Under the pieces are notes generated by a model that saw only the letters and a program-made list of their open reading frames with translations, searched no databases and was not told the DNA's origin. Of a stretch of DNA of 64,000 nt, positions 14,201 through 27,898 are shown in pieces. Numbering within the stretch: the stretch's first letter is position 1; each line of letters opens with the position of its first letter. The translations under genes and the position numbers were made by a program. Source of the stretch: Auanema rhodensis. Taxonomy: Eukaryota > Animalia > Nematoda. The stretch lies in NCBI GenBank assembly GCA_964057225.1, contig OZ059897.1:744001-808000 (forward strand), in the 5' to 3' direction.

Positions 14201-17200
14201 ATAACACAGATCGACGCAGCTTAAAAATCCGCATCGAATGCACTAAACTACATTGAAAAACGCTCAATACAAAAATTATTTATGATTGTTTGAAAAAAGA
14301 TGCATTAGTGTATGTTGAGTTTCCATGTACACTCAACATTGCTTCCAAAAACATTTTGACAAAAATTTTCCCGAAAAATTTCAAGATAATTTTACAAAAA
14401 CTAGATGTTTTTAGATTCCTTTTTTTAAGGCGAAAACGATGGACAATGTTATTCAACGAAAAAATTAATTCTTCAGGGTGAAAATCGAGGATATAAGTGT
14501 GAACTTATATCAGTTGATATCTCGGTGAATTTTTAAGCTAACTCAAATCTGATAACACAGATCGACGCAGCTTAAAAATCCGTTTCGAATGCACTATACT
14601 ACATTGAGAAACGCTCAATACAAAAATTATTTATGATTGTTTGAAAAAAGATGCATTAGTGTATGTTGAGTTTCCATGTACACTCAACATTGCTTCCAAA
14701 AACATTTTGACAAAAATTTTCCCGAAAAATTTCAAAATAATTTAGCGAAAAGTAGATGTTTTTAGATTCCTTTTTTTGAGGCAAAAACGATGGACAATGT
14801 TATTCAACGAAAAAATTAATTCTTCAGGGTGAAAATCGAGGATATAGGTGTGAACTTATATCAGTTGATATCTCGGTGCATTTTTAAGCTAGCGGAAATT
14901 TGATAACACAGATCGACGCAGCTTAAAAATCCGCATCGAATGCACTATACTACATTAAGAAAAGCTTAATACAAAAATTAGTTATGATCGTTTGAAAAAT
15001 GATGCATTAGTGTATGTTGAGTTTCCATGTACACTCAAAATTGCTTCCAAAAACATTTTGACAAAAATTTTTTCGAAAAATTTCAAGATAATTTAGCGAA
15101 AAGTAGATGTTTTTAGATTTCTTTTTTCGAGACAAAAACGATGGACAATGTTATTCAACGAAAAAATTAATTCTTCAGGGTGAAAATCGAGGATATAAGT
15201 GTGAACTTATATCAGTTGATATCTCGGTGCATTTTTAAGCTAACTCAAATCTGATAACACAGATCGACGCAGCTTAAAAATCCGTTTCGAATGCACTATA
15301 CTACATTGAGAAACGCTCAATACAAAAATTATTTATGATTGTTTGAAAAATGATGCATTAGTGTATGTTGAGTTTCCATGTACACTCAACATTGCTTCCA
15401 AAAACATTTTGACAAAAATTTTCCCGAAAAATTTCAAAATAATTTAGCAAAAAGTAGATGTTTTTAGATTTCTTTTTTCGAGGCAAAAACGATGGACAAT
15501 GTTATTCAACGAAAAAATTGATTCTTCAGGGTGAAAATCGAGGATATAAGTGTGAACTTATATCAGTTGATATCTCGGTGCATTTTTAAGCTAACTCAAA
15601 TCTGATAACACAGATCGACGCAGCTTAAAAATCCGTTTCGAATGCATTATACTACATTGAGAAACGCTCAATACAAAAATTATTTATGATTGTTTGAAAA
15701 AAGATGCATTAGTGTATGTTGAGTTTCCATGTACACTCAAAATTGCTTCCAAAAACATTTTGACAAAAATTTTCCCGAAAAATTTCAAGATAATTTTACA
15801 AAAACTAGATGTTTTTAGATTCCTTTTTTCAAGACAAAGACGATGGACATTGTTATTCAACAAAAAAATTAATTCTTCAGGGTGAAAATCGAGGATATAA
15901 GTGTGAACTTATATCAGTTGATATCTCGGTGCATTTTTAAGCTAACTCAAATTTGATAACACAGATCGACGCAGCTTAAAAATGCGCATCGAATGCACTA
16001 TACTACATTGAGAAACGCTTAATACAAAAATTAGTTATGATTGTTTGAAAAATGATGCAATAGTGTATGTTGAGTTTCCATGTACACTCAACATTGATTC
16101 CAAAAACATTTTGACAAAAATTTTTTCGAAAAATTTCAAAATAATTTCACAAAAAGTAGATGTTTTTAGATTCCTTTTTTCAAGGCAAAGACGATGGACA
16201 ATGTTATTCAACGAAAAAATTGATTCTTCAGGGTGAAAATCGAGGATATAAGTGTGAACTTATATCAGTTGATATCTCGGTGCATTTTTAAGCTAACTCA
16301 AATCTGATAACACAGATCGACGCAGCTTAAAAATCCGCATCGAATGCACTAAACTACATTGAAAAACGCTCAATACAAAAATTATTTATGATTGTTTGAA
16401 AAAAGATGCATTAGTGTATGTTGAGTTTCCATGTACACTCAACATTGCTTCCAAAAACATTTTGACAAAAATTTTCCCGAAAAATTTCAAAATAATTTAG
16501 CGAAAAGTAGATGTTTTTAGATTCCTTTTTTTGAGGCAAAAACGATGGACAATGTTATTCAACGAAAAAATTAATTCTTCAGGGTGAAAATCGAGGATAT
16601 AGGTGTGAACTTATATCAGTTGATATCTCGGTGCATTTTTAAGCTAGCGGAAATTTGATAACACAGATCGACGCAGCTTAAAAATCCGCATCGAATGCAC
16701 TATACTACATTAAGAAAAGCTTAATACAAAAATTAGTTATGATCGTTTGAAAAATGATGCATTAGTGTATGTTGAGTTTCCATGTACACTCAAAATTGCT
16801 TCCAAAAACATTTTGACAAAAATTTTTTCGAAAAATTTCAAGATAATTTAGCGAAAAGTAGATGTTTTTAGATTTCTTTTTTCGAGGCAAAAACGATGGA
16901 CAATGTTATTCAACGAAAAAATTAATTCTTCAGGGTGAAAATCGAGGATATAAGTGTGAACTTATATCAGTTGATATCTCGGTGCATTTTTAAGCTAACT
17001 CAAATCTGATAACACAGATCGACGCAGCTTAAAAATCCGTTTCGAATGCACTATACTACATTGAGAAACGCTCAATACAAAAATTATTTATGATTGTTTG
17101 AAAAATGATGCATTAGTGTATGTTGAGTTTCCATGTACACTCAACATTGCTTCCAAAAACATTTTGACAAAAATTTTCCCGAAAAATTTCAAAATAATTT

Positions 17201-18250
17201 AGCAAAAAGTAGATGTTTTTAGATTTCTTTTTTCGAGGCAAAAACGATGGACAATGTTATTCAACGAAAAAATTGATTCTTCAGGGTGAAAATCGAGGAT
17301 ATAAGTGTGAACTTATATCAGTTGATATCTCGGTGCATTTTTAAGCTAACTCAAATCTGATAACACAGATCGACGCAGCTTAAAAATCCGTTTCGAATGC
17401 ATTATACTACATTGAGAAACGCTCAATACAAAAATTATTTATGATTGTTTGAAAAAAGATGCATTAGTGTATGTTGAGTTTCCATGTACACTCAAAATTG
17501 CTTCCAAAAACATTTTGACAAAAATTTTCCCGAAAAATTTCAAGATAATTTTACAAAAACTAGATGTTTTTAGATTCCTTTTTTCAAGACAAAGACGATG
17601 GACATTGTTATTCAACAAAAAAATTAATTCTTCAGGGTGAAAATCGAGGATATAAGTGTGAACTTATATCAGTTGATATCTCGGTGCATTTTTAAGCTAA
17701 CTCAAATTTGATAACACAGATCGACGCAGCTTAAAAATGCGCATCGAATGCACTATACTACATTGAGAAACGCTTAATACAAAAATTAGTTATGATTGTT
17801 TGAAAAATGATGCAATAGTGTATGTTGAGTTTCCATGTACACTCAACATTGATTCCAAAAACATTTTGACAAAAATTTTTTCGAAAAATTTCAAAATAAT
17901 TTCACAAAAAGTAGATGTTTTTAGATTCCTTTTTTCAAGGCAAAGACGATGGACAATGTTATTCAACGAAAAAATTGATTCTTCAGGGTGAAAATCGAGG
18001 ATATAAGTGTGAACTTATATCAGTTGATATCTCGGTGCATTTTTAAGCTAACTCAAATCTGATAACACAGATCGACGCAGCTTAAAAATCCGCATCGAAT
18101 GCACTAAACTACATTGAAAAACGCTCAATACAAAAATTATTTATGATTGTTTGAAAAAAGATGCATTAGTGTATGTTGAGTTTCCATGTACACTCAACAT
18201 TGCTTCCAAAAACATTTTGACAAAAATTTTCCCGAAAAATTTCAAGATAA
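11230..18250 (+). repeat. Three copies of a 5-monomer (1755-bp) block (~11230, ~14740, ~16495)
   Basis: The rare variant AGCGGAAATTTGATAAC occurs at 11381, 14891 and 16646. The CATTGATTCC monomer type occurs at 12535, 16045 and 17800. Offsets are 3510 and 1755. Confidence 0.88.
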
Positions 18251-21200
18251 TTTTACAAAAACTAGATGTTTTTAGATTCCTTTTTTCAAGGCAAAGACGA
18301 TGGATAATGTTATTTAACGAAAAAATTAATTCTTCAGGGTGAAAATCGAGGATATAAGTGTGAACTTATATCAGTTGATATCTCGGTGCATTTTTAAGCT
18401 AACTCAAATCTGATAACACAGATCGACGCAGCCTAAAAATCCGTTTCGAATGCACTATACTACATTGAGAAACGCTCAATACAAAAATTTTTTATGATTG
18501 TTTGAAAAATGATGCATTAGTGTATGTTGAGTTTCCATGTACACTCAACATTGCTTCCAAAAACATTTTGACAAAAATTTTCCCGAAAAATTTCAAGATA
18601 ATTTTACAAAAACTAGATGTTTTTAGATTCCTTTTTTTAAGGCGAAAACGATGGACAATGTTATTCAACGAAAAAATTAATTCTTCAGGGTGAAAATCGA
18701 GGATATAAGTGTGAACTTATATCAGTTGATATCTCGGTGAATTTTTAAGCTAACTCAAATCTGATAACACAGATCGACGCAGCTTAAAAATCCGTTTCGA
18801 ATGCACTATACTACATTGAGAAACGCTCAATACAAAAATTATTTATGATTGTTTGAAAAAAGATGCATTAGTGTATGTTGAGTTTCCATGTACACTCAAC
18901 ATTGCTTCCAAAAACATTTTGACAAAAATTTTCCCGAAAAATTTCAAGATAATTTTACAGAAACTAGATGTTTTTAGATTCCTTTTTTCAAGGCAAAGAC
19001 GATGGACAATGTTATTCAACAAAAAAATTAATTCTTCAGGGTGAAAATCGAGGATATAAGTGTGAACTTATATCAGTTGATATCTCGGTGAATTTTAAAG
19101 CTAACTCAAATCTGATAACACAGATCAACGCAGCTTAAAAATCCGTTTCGAATGCACTATACTACATTGAGAAACGCTCAATACAAAAATTATTTATGAT
19201 TGTTTGAAAAAAGATGCATTAGTGTATGTTGAGTTTCCATGTACACTCAACATTGCTTCCAAAAACATTTTGACAAAAATTTTCCCGAAAAATTTCAAGA
19301 TAATTTCACAGAAACTAGATGTTTTTAGATTCCTTTTTTCAAGGCAAAAACGATGGACAATGTTATTCAACGAAAAAATTAATTCTTCAGGGTGAAAATC
19401 GAGGATATAAGTGTGAACTTATATCAGTTGATATCTCGGTGCATTTTTAAGCTAACTCAAATCTGATAACACAGATCGACGCAGCTTAAAAATCCGCATC
19501 GAATGCACTAAACTACATTGAAAAACGCTCAATACAAAAATTATTTATGATTGTTTGAAAAAAGATGCATTAGTGTATGTTGAGTTTCCATGTACACTCA
19601 ACATTGCTTCCAAAAACATTTTGACAAAAATTTTCCCGAAAAATTTCAAGATAATTTTACAGAAACTAGATGTTTTTAGATTCCTTTTTTCAAGGCAAAG
19701 ACGATGGATAATGTTATTCAACGAAAAAATTAATTCTTCAGGGTGAAAATCGAGGATATAAGTGTGAACTTATATCAGTTGATATCTCGGTGCATTTTTA
19801 AGCTAACTCAAATCTGATAACACAGATCGACGCAGCCTAAAAATCCGTTTCGAATGCACTATACTACATTGAGAAACGCTCAATACAAAAATTTTTTATG
19901 ATTGTTTGAAAAATGATGCATTAGTGTATGTTGAGTTTCCATGTACACTCAACATTGCTTCCAAAAACATTTTGACAAAAATTTTCCCGAAAAATTTCAA
20001 GATAATTTTACAAAAACTAGATGTTTTTAGATTCCTTTTTTTAAGGCGAAAACGATGGACAATGTTATTCAACGAAAAAATTAATTCTTCAGGGTGAAAA
20101 TCGAGGATATAAGTGTGAACTTATATCAGTTGATATCTCGGTGAATTTTTAAGCTAACTCAAATCTGATAACACAGATCGACGCAGCTTAAAAATCCGTT
20201 TCGAATGCACTATACTACATTGAGAAACGCTCAATACAAAAATTATTTATGATTGTTTGAAAAAAGATGCATTAGTGTATGTTGAGTTTCCATGTACACT
20301 CAACATTGCTTCCAAAAACATTTTGACAAAAATTTTCCCGAAAAATTTCAAGATAATTTCACAGAAACTAGATGTTTTTAGATTCCTTTTTTCAAGGCAA
20401 AGACGATGGACAATGTTATTCAACAAAAAAATTAATTCTTCAGGGTGAAAATCGAGGATATAAGTGTGAACTTATATCAGTTGATATCTCGGTGAATTTT
20501 AAAGCTAGCTCAAATCTGATAACACAGATCAACGCAGCTTAAAAATCCGTTTCGAATGCACTATACTACATTGAGAAACGCTCAATACAAAAATTATTTA
20601 TGATTGTTTGAAAAAAGATGCATTAGTGTATGTTGAGTTTCCATGTACACTCAACATTGCTTCCAAAAACATTTTGACAAAAATTTTCCCGAAAAATTTC
20701 AAGATAATTTCACAGAAACTAGATGTTTTTAGATTCCTTTTTTCAAGGCAAAAACGATGGACAATGTTATTCAACGAAAAAATTAATTCTTCAGGGTGAA
20801 AATCGAGGATATAAGTGTGAACTTATATCAGTTGATATCTCGGTGCATTTTTAAGCTAACTCAAATCTGATAACACAGATCGACGCAGCTTAAAAATCCG
20901 CATCGAATGCACTAAACTACATTGAAAAACGCTCAATACAAAAATTATTTATGATTGTTTGAAAAAAGATGCATTAGTGTATGTTGAGTTTCCATGTACA
21001 CTCAACATTGCTTCCAAAAACATTTTGACAAAAATTTTCCCGAAAAATTTCAAGATAATTTTACAGAAACTAGATGTTTTTAGATTCCTTTTTTCAAGGC
21101 AAAGACGATGGACAATGTTATTCAACTAAAAAATTAATTCTTCAGGGTGAAAATCGAGGATATAAGTGTGAACTTATATCAGTTGATATCTCGGTGAATT

Positions 21201-24200
21201 TTAAAGCTAACTCAAATCTGATAACACAGATCGACGCAGCTCAAAAATCCGTTTCGAATGCACTATACTACATTGAGAAACGCTCAATACAAAAATTATT
21301 TATGATTGTTTGAAAAAAGATGCATTAGTGTATGTTGAGTTTCCATGTACACTCAACATTGCTTCCAAAAACATTTTGACAAAAATTTTCCCGAAAAATT
21401 TCAAGATAATTTCACAGAAACTAGATGTTTTTAGATTCCTTTTTTCAAGGCAAAGACGATGGACAATGTTATTCAACAAAAAAATTAATTCTTCAGGGTG
21501 AAAATCGAGGATATAAGTGTGAACTTATATCAGTTGATATCTCGGTGAATTTTAAAGCTAACTCAAATCTGATAACACAGATCGACGCAGCTTAAAAATC
21601 CGTTTCGAATGCACTATACTACATTGAGAAACGCTCAATACAAAAATTATTTATGATTGTTTGAAAAAAGATGCATTAGTGTATGTTGAGTTTCCATGTA
21701 CACTCAACATTGCTTCCAAAAACATTTTGACAAAAATTTTCCCGAAAAATTTCAAGATAATTTTACAAAAACTAGATGTTTTTAGATTCCTGTTTTCAAG
21801 GCAAAGACGATGGACAATGTTATTCAACGAAAAAATTAATTCTTCAGGGTGAAAATCGAGGATATAAGTGTGAACTTATATCAGTTGATATCTCGGTGCA
21901 TTTTTAAGCTAACTCAAATCTGATAACACAGATCGACGCAGCTTAAAAATCCGTTTCGAATGCACTATACTACATTGAGAAACGCTCAATACAAAAATTA
22001 TTTATGATTGTTTGAAAAAAGATGCATTAGTGTATGTTGAGTTTCCATGTACACTCAACATTGCTTCCAAAAACATTTTGACAAAAATTTTCCCGAAAAA
22101 TTTCAAGATAATTTTACAAAAACTAGATGTTTTTAGATTCCTGTTTTCAAGGCAAAGACGATGGACAATGTTATTCAACGAAAAAATTGATTCTTCAGGG
22201 TGAAAATCGAGGATATTAGTGTGAACTTATATCAGTTGATATCTCGGTGCATTTTTAAGCTAACTCAAATCTGATAACACAGATCGACGCAGCTTAAAAA
22301 TCCGTTTCGAATGCACTATACTACATTGAGAAACGCTCAATACAAAAATTATTTATGATTGTTTGAAAAAAGATGCATTAGTGTATGTTGAGTTTCCATG
22401 TACACTCAACATTGCTTCCAAAAACATTTTGACAAAAATTTTCCCGAAAAATTTCAAGATAATTTTACAAAAACTAGATGTTTTTAGATTCCTGTTTTCA
22501 AGGCAAAGACGATGGACAATGTTATTCAACGAAAAAATTAATTCTTCAGGGTGAAAATCGAGGATATAAGTGTGAACTTATATCAGTTGATATCTCGGTG
22601 CATTTTTAAGCTAACTCAAATCTGATAACACAGATCGACGCAGCTTAAAAATCCGTTTCGAATGCACTATACTACATTGAGAAACGCTCAATACAAAAAT
22701 TATTTATGATTGTTTGAAAAAAGATGCATTAGTGTATGTTGAGTTTCCATGTACACTCAACATTGCTTCCAAAAACATTTTGACAAAAATTTTCCCGAAA
22801 AATTTCAAGATAATTTTACAAAAACTAGATGTTTTTAGATTCCTGTTTTCAAGGCAAAGACGATGGACAATGTTATTCAACGAAAAAATTAATTCTTCAG
22901 GGTGAAAATCGAGGATATAAGTGTGAACTTATATCAGTTGATATCTCGGTGCATTTTTAAGCTAACTCAAATCTGATAACACAGATCGACGCAGCTTAAA
23001 AATCCGTTTCGAATGCACTATACTACATTGAGAAACGCTCAATACAAAAATTATTTATGATTGTTTGAAAAAAGATGCATTAGTATATGTTGAGTTTCCA
23101 TGTACACTCAACATTGCTTCCAAAAACATTTTGACAAAAATTTTCCCGAAAAATTTCAAGATAATTTCACAGAAACTAGATGTTTTTAGATTCCTTTTTT
23201 TAAGGCGAAAACGATGGACAATGTTATTCAACGAAAAAATTGATTCTTCAGGGTGAAAATCGAGGATATTAGTGTGAACTTATATCAGTTGATATCTCGG
23301 TGCATTTTTAAGCTAACTCAAATCTGATAACACAGATCGACGCAGCTTAAAAATCCGTTTCGAATGCACTATACTACATTGAGAAACGCTCAATACAAAA
23401 ATTATTTATGATTGTTTGAAAAAAGATGCATTAGTGTATGTTGAGTTTCCATGTACACTCAACATTGCTTCCAAAAACATTTTGACAAAAATTTTCCCGA
23501 AAAATTTCAAGATAATTTTACAAAAACTAGATGTTTTTAGATTCCTGTTTTCAAGGCAAAGACGATGGACAATGTTATTCAACGAAAAAATTAATTCTTC
23601 AGGGTGAAAATCGAGGATATAAGTGTGAACTTATATCAGTTGATATCTCGGTGAATTTTTAAGCTAACTCAAATCTGATAACACAGATCGACGCAGCTTA
23701 AAAATCCGTTTCGAATGCACTATACTACATTGAGAAACGCTCAATACAAAAATTATTTATGATTGTTTGAAAAAAGATGCATTAGTGTATGTTGAGTTTC
23801 CATGTACACTCAACATTGCTTCCAAAAACATTTTGACAAAAATTTTCCCGAAAAATTTCAAGATAGTTTTACAAAAACTAGATGTTTTTAGATTCCTTTT
23901 TTCAAGGCAAAGACGATGGACAATGTTATTCAACGAAAAAATTGATTCTTCAGGGTGAAAATCGAGGATATAAGTGTGAACTTATATCAGTTGATATCTC
24001 GGTGCATTTTTAAGCTAACTCAAATCTGATAACACAGATCGACGCAGCTTAAAAATCCGCATCGAATGCACTAAACTACATTGAAAAACGCTCAATACAA
24101 AAATTATTTATGATTGTTTGAAAAAAGATGCATTAGTGTATGTTGAGTTTCCATGTACACTCAACATTGCTTCCAAAAACATTTTGACAAAAATTTTCCC

Positions 24201-24730
24201 GAAAAATTTCAAGATAATTTCACAGAAACTAGATGTTTTTAGATTCCTTTTTTCAAGGCAAAGACGATGGACAATGTTATTCAACGAAAAAATTAATTCT
24301 TCAGGGTGAAAATCGAGGATATAAGTGTGAACTTATATCAGTTGATATCTCGGTGCATTTTTAAGCTAACTCAAATCTGATAACACAGATCGACGCAGCT
24401 TAAAAATCCGTTTCGAATGCACTATACTACATTGAGAAACGCTCAATACAAAAATTATTTATGATTGTTTGAAAAATGATGCATTAGTGTATGTTGAGTT
24501 TCCATGTACACTCAACATTGCTTCCAAAAACATTTTGACAAAAATTTTCCCGAAAAATTTCAAGATAATTTCACAGAAACTAGATGTTTTTAGATTCCTT
24601 TTTTCAAGGCAAAGACGATGGACAATGTTATTCAACGAAAAAATTAATTCTTCAGGGTGAAAATCGAGGATATAAGTGTGAACTTATATCAGTTGATATC
24701 TCGGTGCATTTTTAAGCTAACTCAAATCTG
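11731..24730 (+). repeat. Satellite subfamily domain B (A-type monomers re-inserted near 14740-15130 and 16495-16880)
   Basis: GCTAACTCAAAT first appears at ~11729. The domain is marked by TCCGTTTCGA, TTATTTATGATTG, AAAAAGATGC, TTCCCGAAAA and ACAAAAACTAG. Confidence 0.85.
18151..20950 (+). repeat. 4-monomer (1404-bp) tandem duplication; a further copy at ~12886-14290
   Basis: GATGGATAATG and GCAGCCTAAA monomer types at 12886/13237, 18151/18502 and 19555/19906. Confidence 0.82.
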
Positions 24731-24744
24731 TCAATCTACTCAAA
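24731..24744. other. Array inversion junction with 14-bp insert TCAATCTACTCAAA
   Basis: The forward monomer should continue ATAACACAG after 24730, and the reverse monomer should be preceded by AAATTT before 24745. The 14 intervening bases match neither in register. Confidence 0.93.
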
Positions 24745-27700
24745 TTGTCAAAATGTTTTTGGAAGCAATGTTGAGTGTACATGGAAACTCAACATACACT
24801 AATGCATCATTTTTCAAACAATCATAAATAATTTTTGTATTGAGCGTTTCTCAATGTTATATAGTGCATTCGATGCGGATTTTTAAGCTGCGTCGATCTG
24901 TGTTATCAGATTTGAGTTAGATTAAAAATGCACCGAGATATCAACTGATATAAGTTCACACTTATATCCTCGATTTTCACCCTAAAGAATTAATTTTTTC
25001 GTTGAATAAAATTGTCCATCGTCTTTGCCTTGAGAAAAGGAATCTAAGAACATCTAGTTTTTGTAAAAATATCTTGAAAATTTTCGGGAAAATTTTTGTC
25101 AAAATGTTTTTGGAAGCAATGTTGAGTGTACATGGAAACTCAACATACACTAATGCATCATTTTTCAAACAATCATAAATAATTTTTGTATTGAGCGTTT
25201 CTCAATGTAGTATAGTGCATTCGAAACGGATTTTTAAGCTGCGTCGATCTGTGTTATCAGATTTGCGCTAGCTTAAAAATGCACCGAGATATCAACTGAT
25301 ATAAGTTCACACTTATATCCTCGATTTTCACCCTGAAGAATTAATTTTTTCGTTGAATAAAATTGTCCATCGTCTTTGCCTTGAGAAAAGGAATCTAAGA
25401 ACATCTAGTTTATGTAAAAATATCTTGAAATTTTTCGGGAAAATTTTTGTCAAAATGTTTTTGGAAGCAATGTTGAGTGTACATGGAAACTCAACATACA
25501 CTAATGCATCATTTTTCAAACAATCATAAATAATTTTTGTATTGAGCGTTATTCAATGTAGTATAATGCATTCGATGCGGATTTTTAAGCTGCGTCGATC
25601 TGTGTTATCAGATTTGAGTTAGCTTAAAAATGCACCGAGATATCAACTGATATAAGTTCACACTTATATCCTCGATTTTCACCCTGAAGAATTAATTTTT
25701 TCGTTGAAAAACATTGTCCATGGTCTTCGCCTTGAGAAAAGGAATCTAAGAACATCTAGTTTTTGTAAAATTATCTTGAAATTTTTCGGGAAAATTTTTG
25801 TCAAAATGTTTTTGGAAGCAATGTTGAGTGTACATGGAAACTCAACATACACTAATGCATCATTTTTCAAACAATCATAAATAATTTTTGTATTGAGCGT
25901 TTCTCAATGTAGTATAATGCATTCGATGCGGATTTTTAAGCTGCGTCGATCTGTGTTATCAGATTTGAGTTAGCTTAAAAATGCACCGAGATATCAACTG
26001 ATATAAGTTCACACTTATATCCTCGATTTTCACCCTGAAGAATTAATTTTTTCGTTGAATAAAATTGTCCATCGTCTTTGCCTTGAGAAAAGGAATCTAA
26101 GAACATCTAGTTTTTGTAAAATTATCTTGAAATTTTTCGGGAAAATTTTTGTCAAAATGTTTTTGGAAGCAATGTTGAGTGTACATGGAAACTCAACATA
26201 CACTAATGCATCATTTTTCAAACAATCATAAATAATTTTTGTATTGAGCGTTTCTCAATGTAGTATAATGCATTCGATGCGGATTTTTAAGCTGCGTCGA
26301 TCTGTGTTATCAGATTTGAGTTAGCTTAAAAATGCACCGAGATATCAACTGATATAAGTTCACACTTATATCCTCGATTTTCACCCTGAAGAATTAATTT
26401 TTTCGTTGAATAACATTGTCCATTGTCTTCGCCTTGAAAAAAAGAATCTAAAAACATCTAGTTTTTGTAAAATTATCTTGAAATTTTTCGGGAAAATTTT
26501 TGTCAAAATGTTTTTGGAAGCAATGTTGAGTGTACATGGAAACTCAACATACACTAATGCATCATTTTTCAAACAATCATAAATAATTTTTGTATTGAGC
26601 GTTTTTCAATGTAGTATAATGCATTCGATGCGGATTTTTAAGCTGCGTCGATCTGTGTTATCAGATTTGAGTTAGCTTAAAAATGCACCGAGATATCAAC
26701 TGATATATGTTCACACTTATATCCTCGATTTTCACCCTGAAGAATTAATTTTTTCGTTGAAAAACATTGTCCATGGTCTTCGCCTTAAAAAAAGGAAATT
26801 AGAAACATTTACTTTCTGTAAAATTATCTTGAAATTTTTCGGGATAATTTTTGTCAAAATGTTTTTGGAAGCAATGTTGAGTGTACATGGAAACTCAACA
26901 TACACTAATGCATCATTTTTCAAACAATCATAAATAATTTTTGTATTGAGCGTTTCTCAATGTTATATAGTGCATTCGATGCGGATTTCTAAGCTGCGTC
27001 GATCTGTGTTATTAGATTTGCGCTAGCTTAAAAATGCACCGAGATATCAACTGATATAAGTTCACACTTATATCCTCGATTTTCACCCTGAAGAATTAAT
27101 TTTTTCGTTGAATAAAATTGTCCATCGTCTTCGCCTTAAGAAAAGGAATCTAAAAACATATACTTTTCGTGAAATTATCTTGAAATTTTTCGGGAAAATT
27201 TTTGTCAAAATGTTTTTGGAAGCAATGTTGAGTGTACATGGAAACTCAACATACACTAATGCATCATTTTTCAAACAATCATAAATAATTTTTGTATTGA
27301 GCGTTTCTCAATGTGGTATAGTGCATTCGAAACAAATGTTCAAGCTGCGTCGATCTGTGTTATCAGATTTGCGCTAGCTTAAAAATGCACCGAGATATCA
27401 ATTGAAATAAGTTCACACTTATATCCTCGATTTTCACCCTGAAGAATTAATTTTTTCGTTGAATAACATTGTCCATCGTCTTCGCCTTAAAAAAAGGAAT
27501 CTAAAAATATCTACTTTTTGTAAAATTATCTTGAAATTTTTTGGGGAAATTTTTGTCAAAATGTTTTTGGAAGCAATGTTGAGTGTACATGGAAACTCAA
27601 CATACACTAATGCATCATTTTTCAAACAATCATAAATAATTTTTGTATTGAGCGTTTCTCAATGTAGTATAATGCATTCGATGCGGATTTTTAAGCTGCG

Positions 27701-27898
27701 TCGATCTGTGTTATCAGATTTGAGTTAGCTTAAAAATGCACCGAGATATCAACTGATATAAGTTCACACTTATATCCTCGATTTTCACCCTGAAGAATTA
27801 ATTTTTTCGTTGAATAACATTGTCCATTGTCTTCGCCTTGAAAAAAAGAATCTAAAAACATCCAGTTTTTGTAAAATTATCTTGAAATTTTTCGGGAA

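Larger units (their letters stand above)
1..24730 (+). repeat. Tandem satellite array, 351-bp monomer, ~70 copies, forward orientation (open at window start)
   Basis: The same monomer recurs with an exact 351-bp period: the landmark TTGAAAAA(T/A)GATGC at 2005 and 24469 differs by 22464 = 64 x 351. The last forward-matching bases are ...GCTAACTCAAATCTG ending at 24730. Confidence 0.99.

Noticed and set aside
24731-24744. Transposon insertion or footprint at the polarity switch
   Set aside because: It is only 14 bp, with no terminal repeats or target-site duplication, and is explainable from the flanks.
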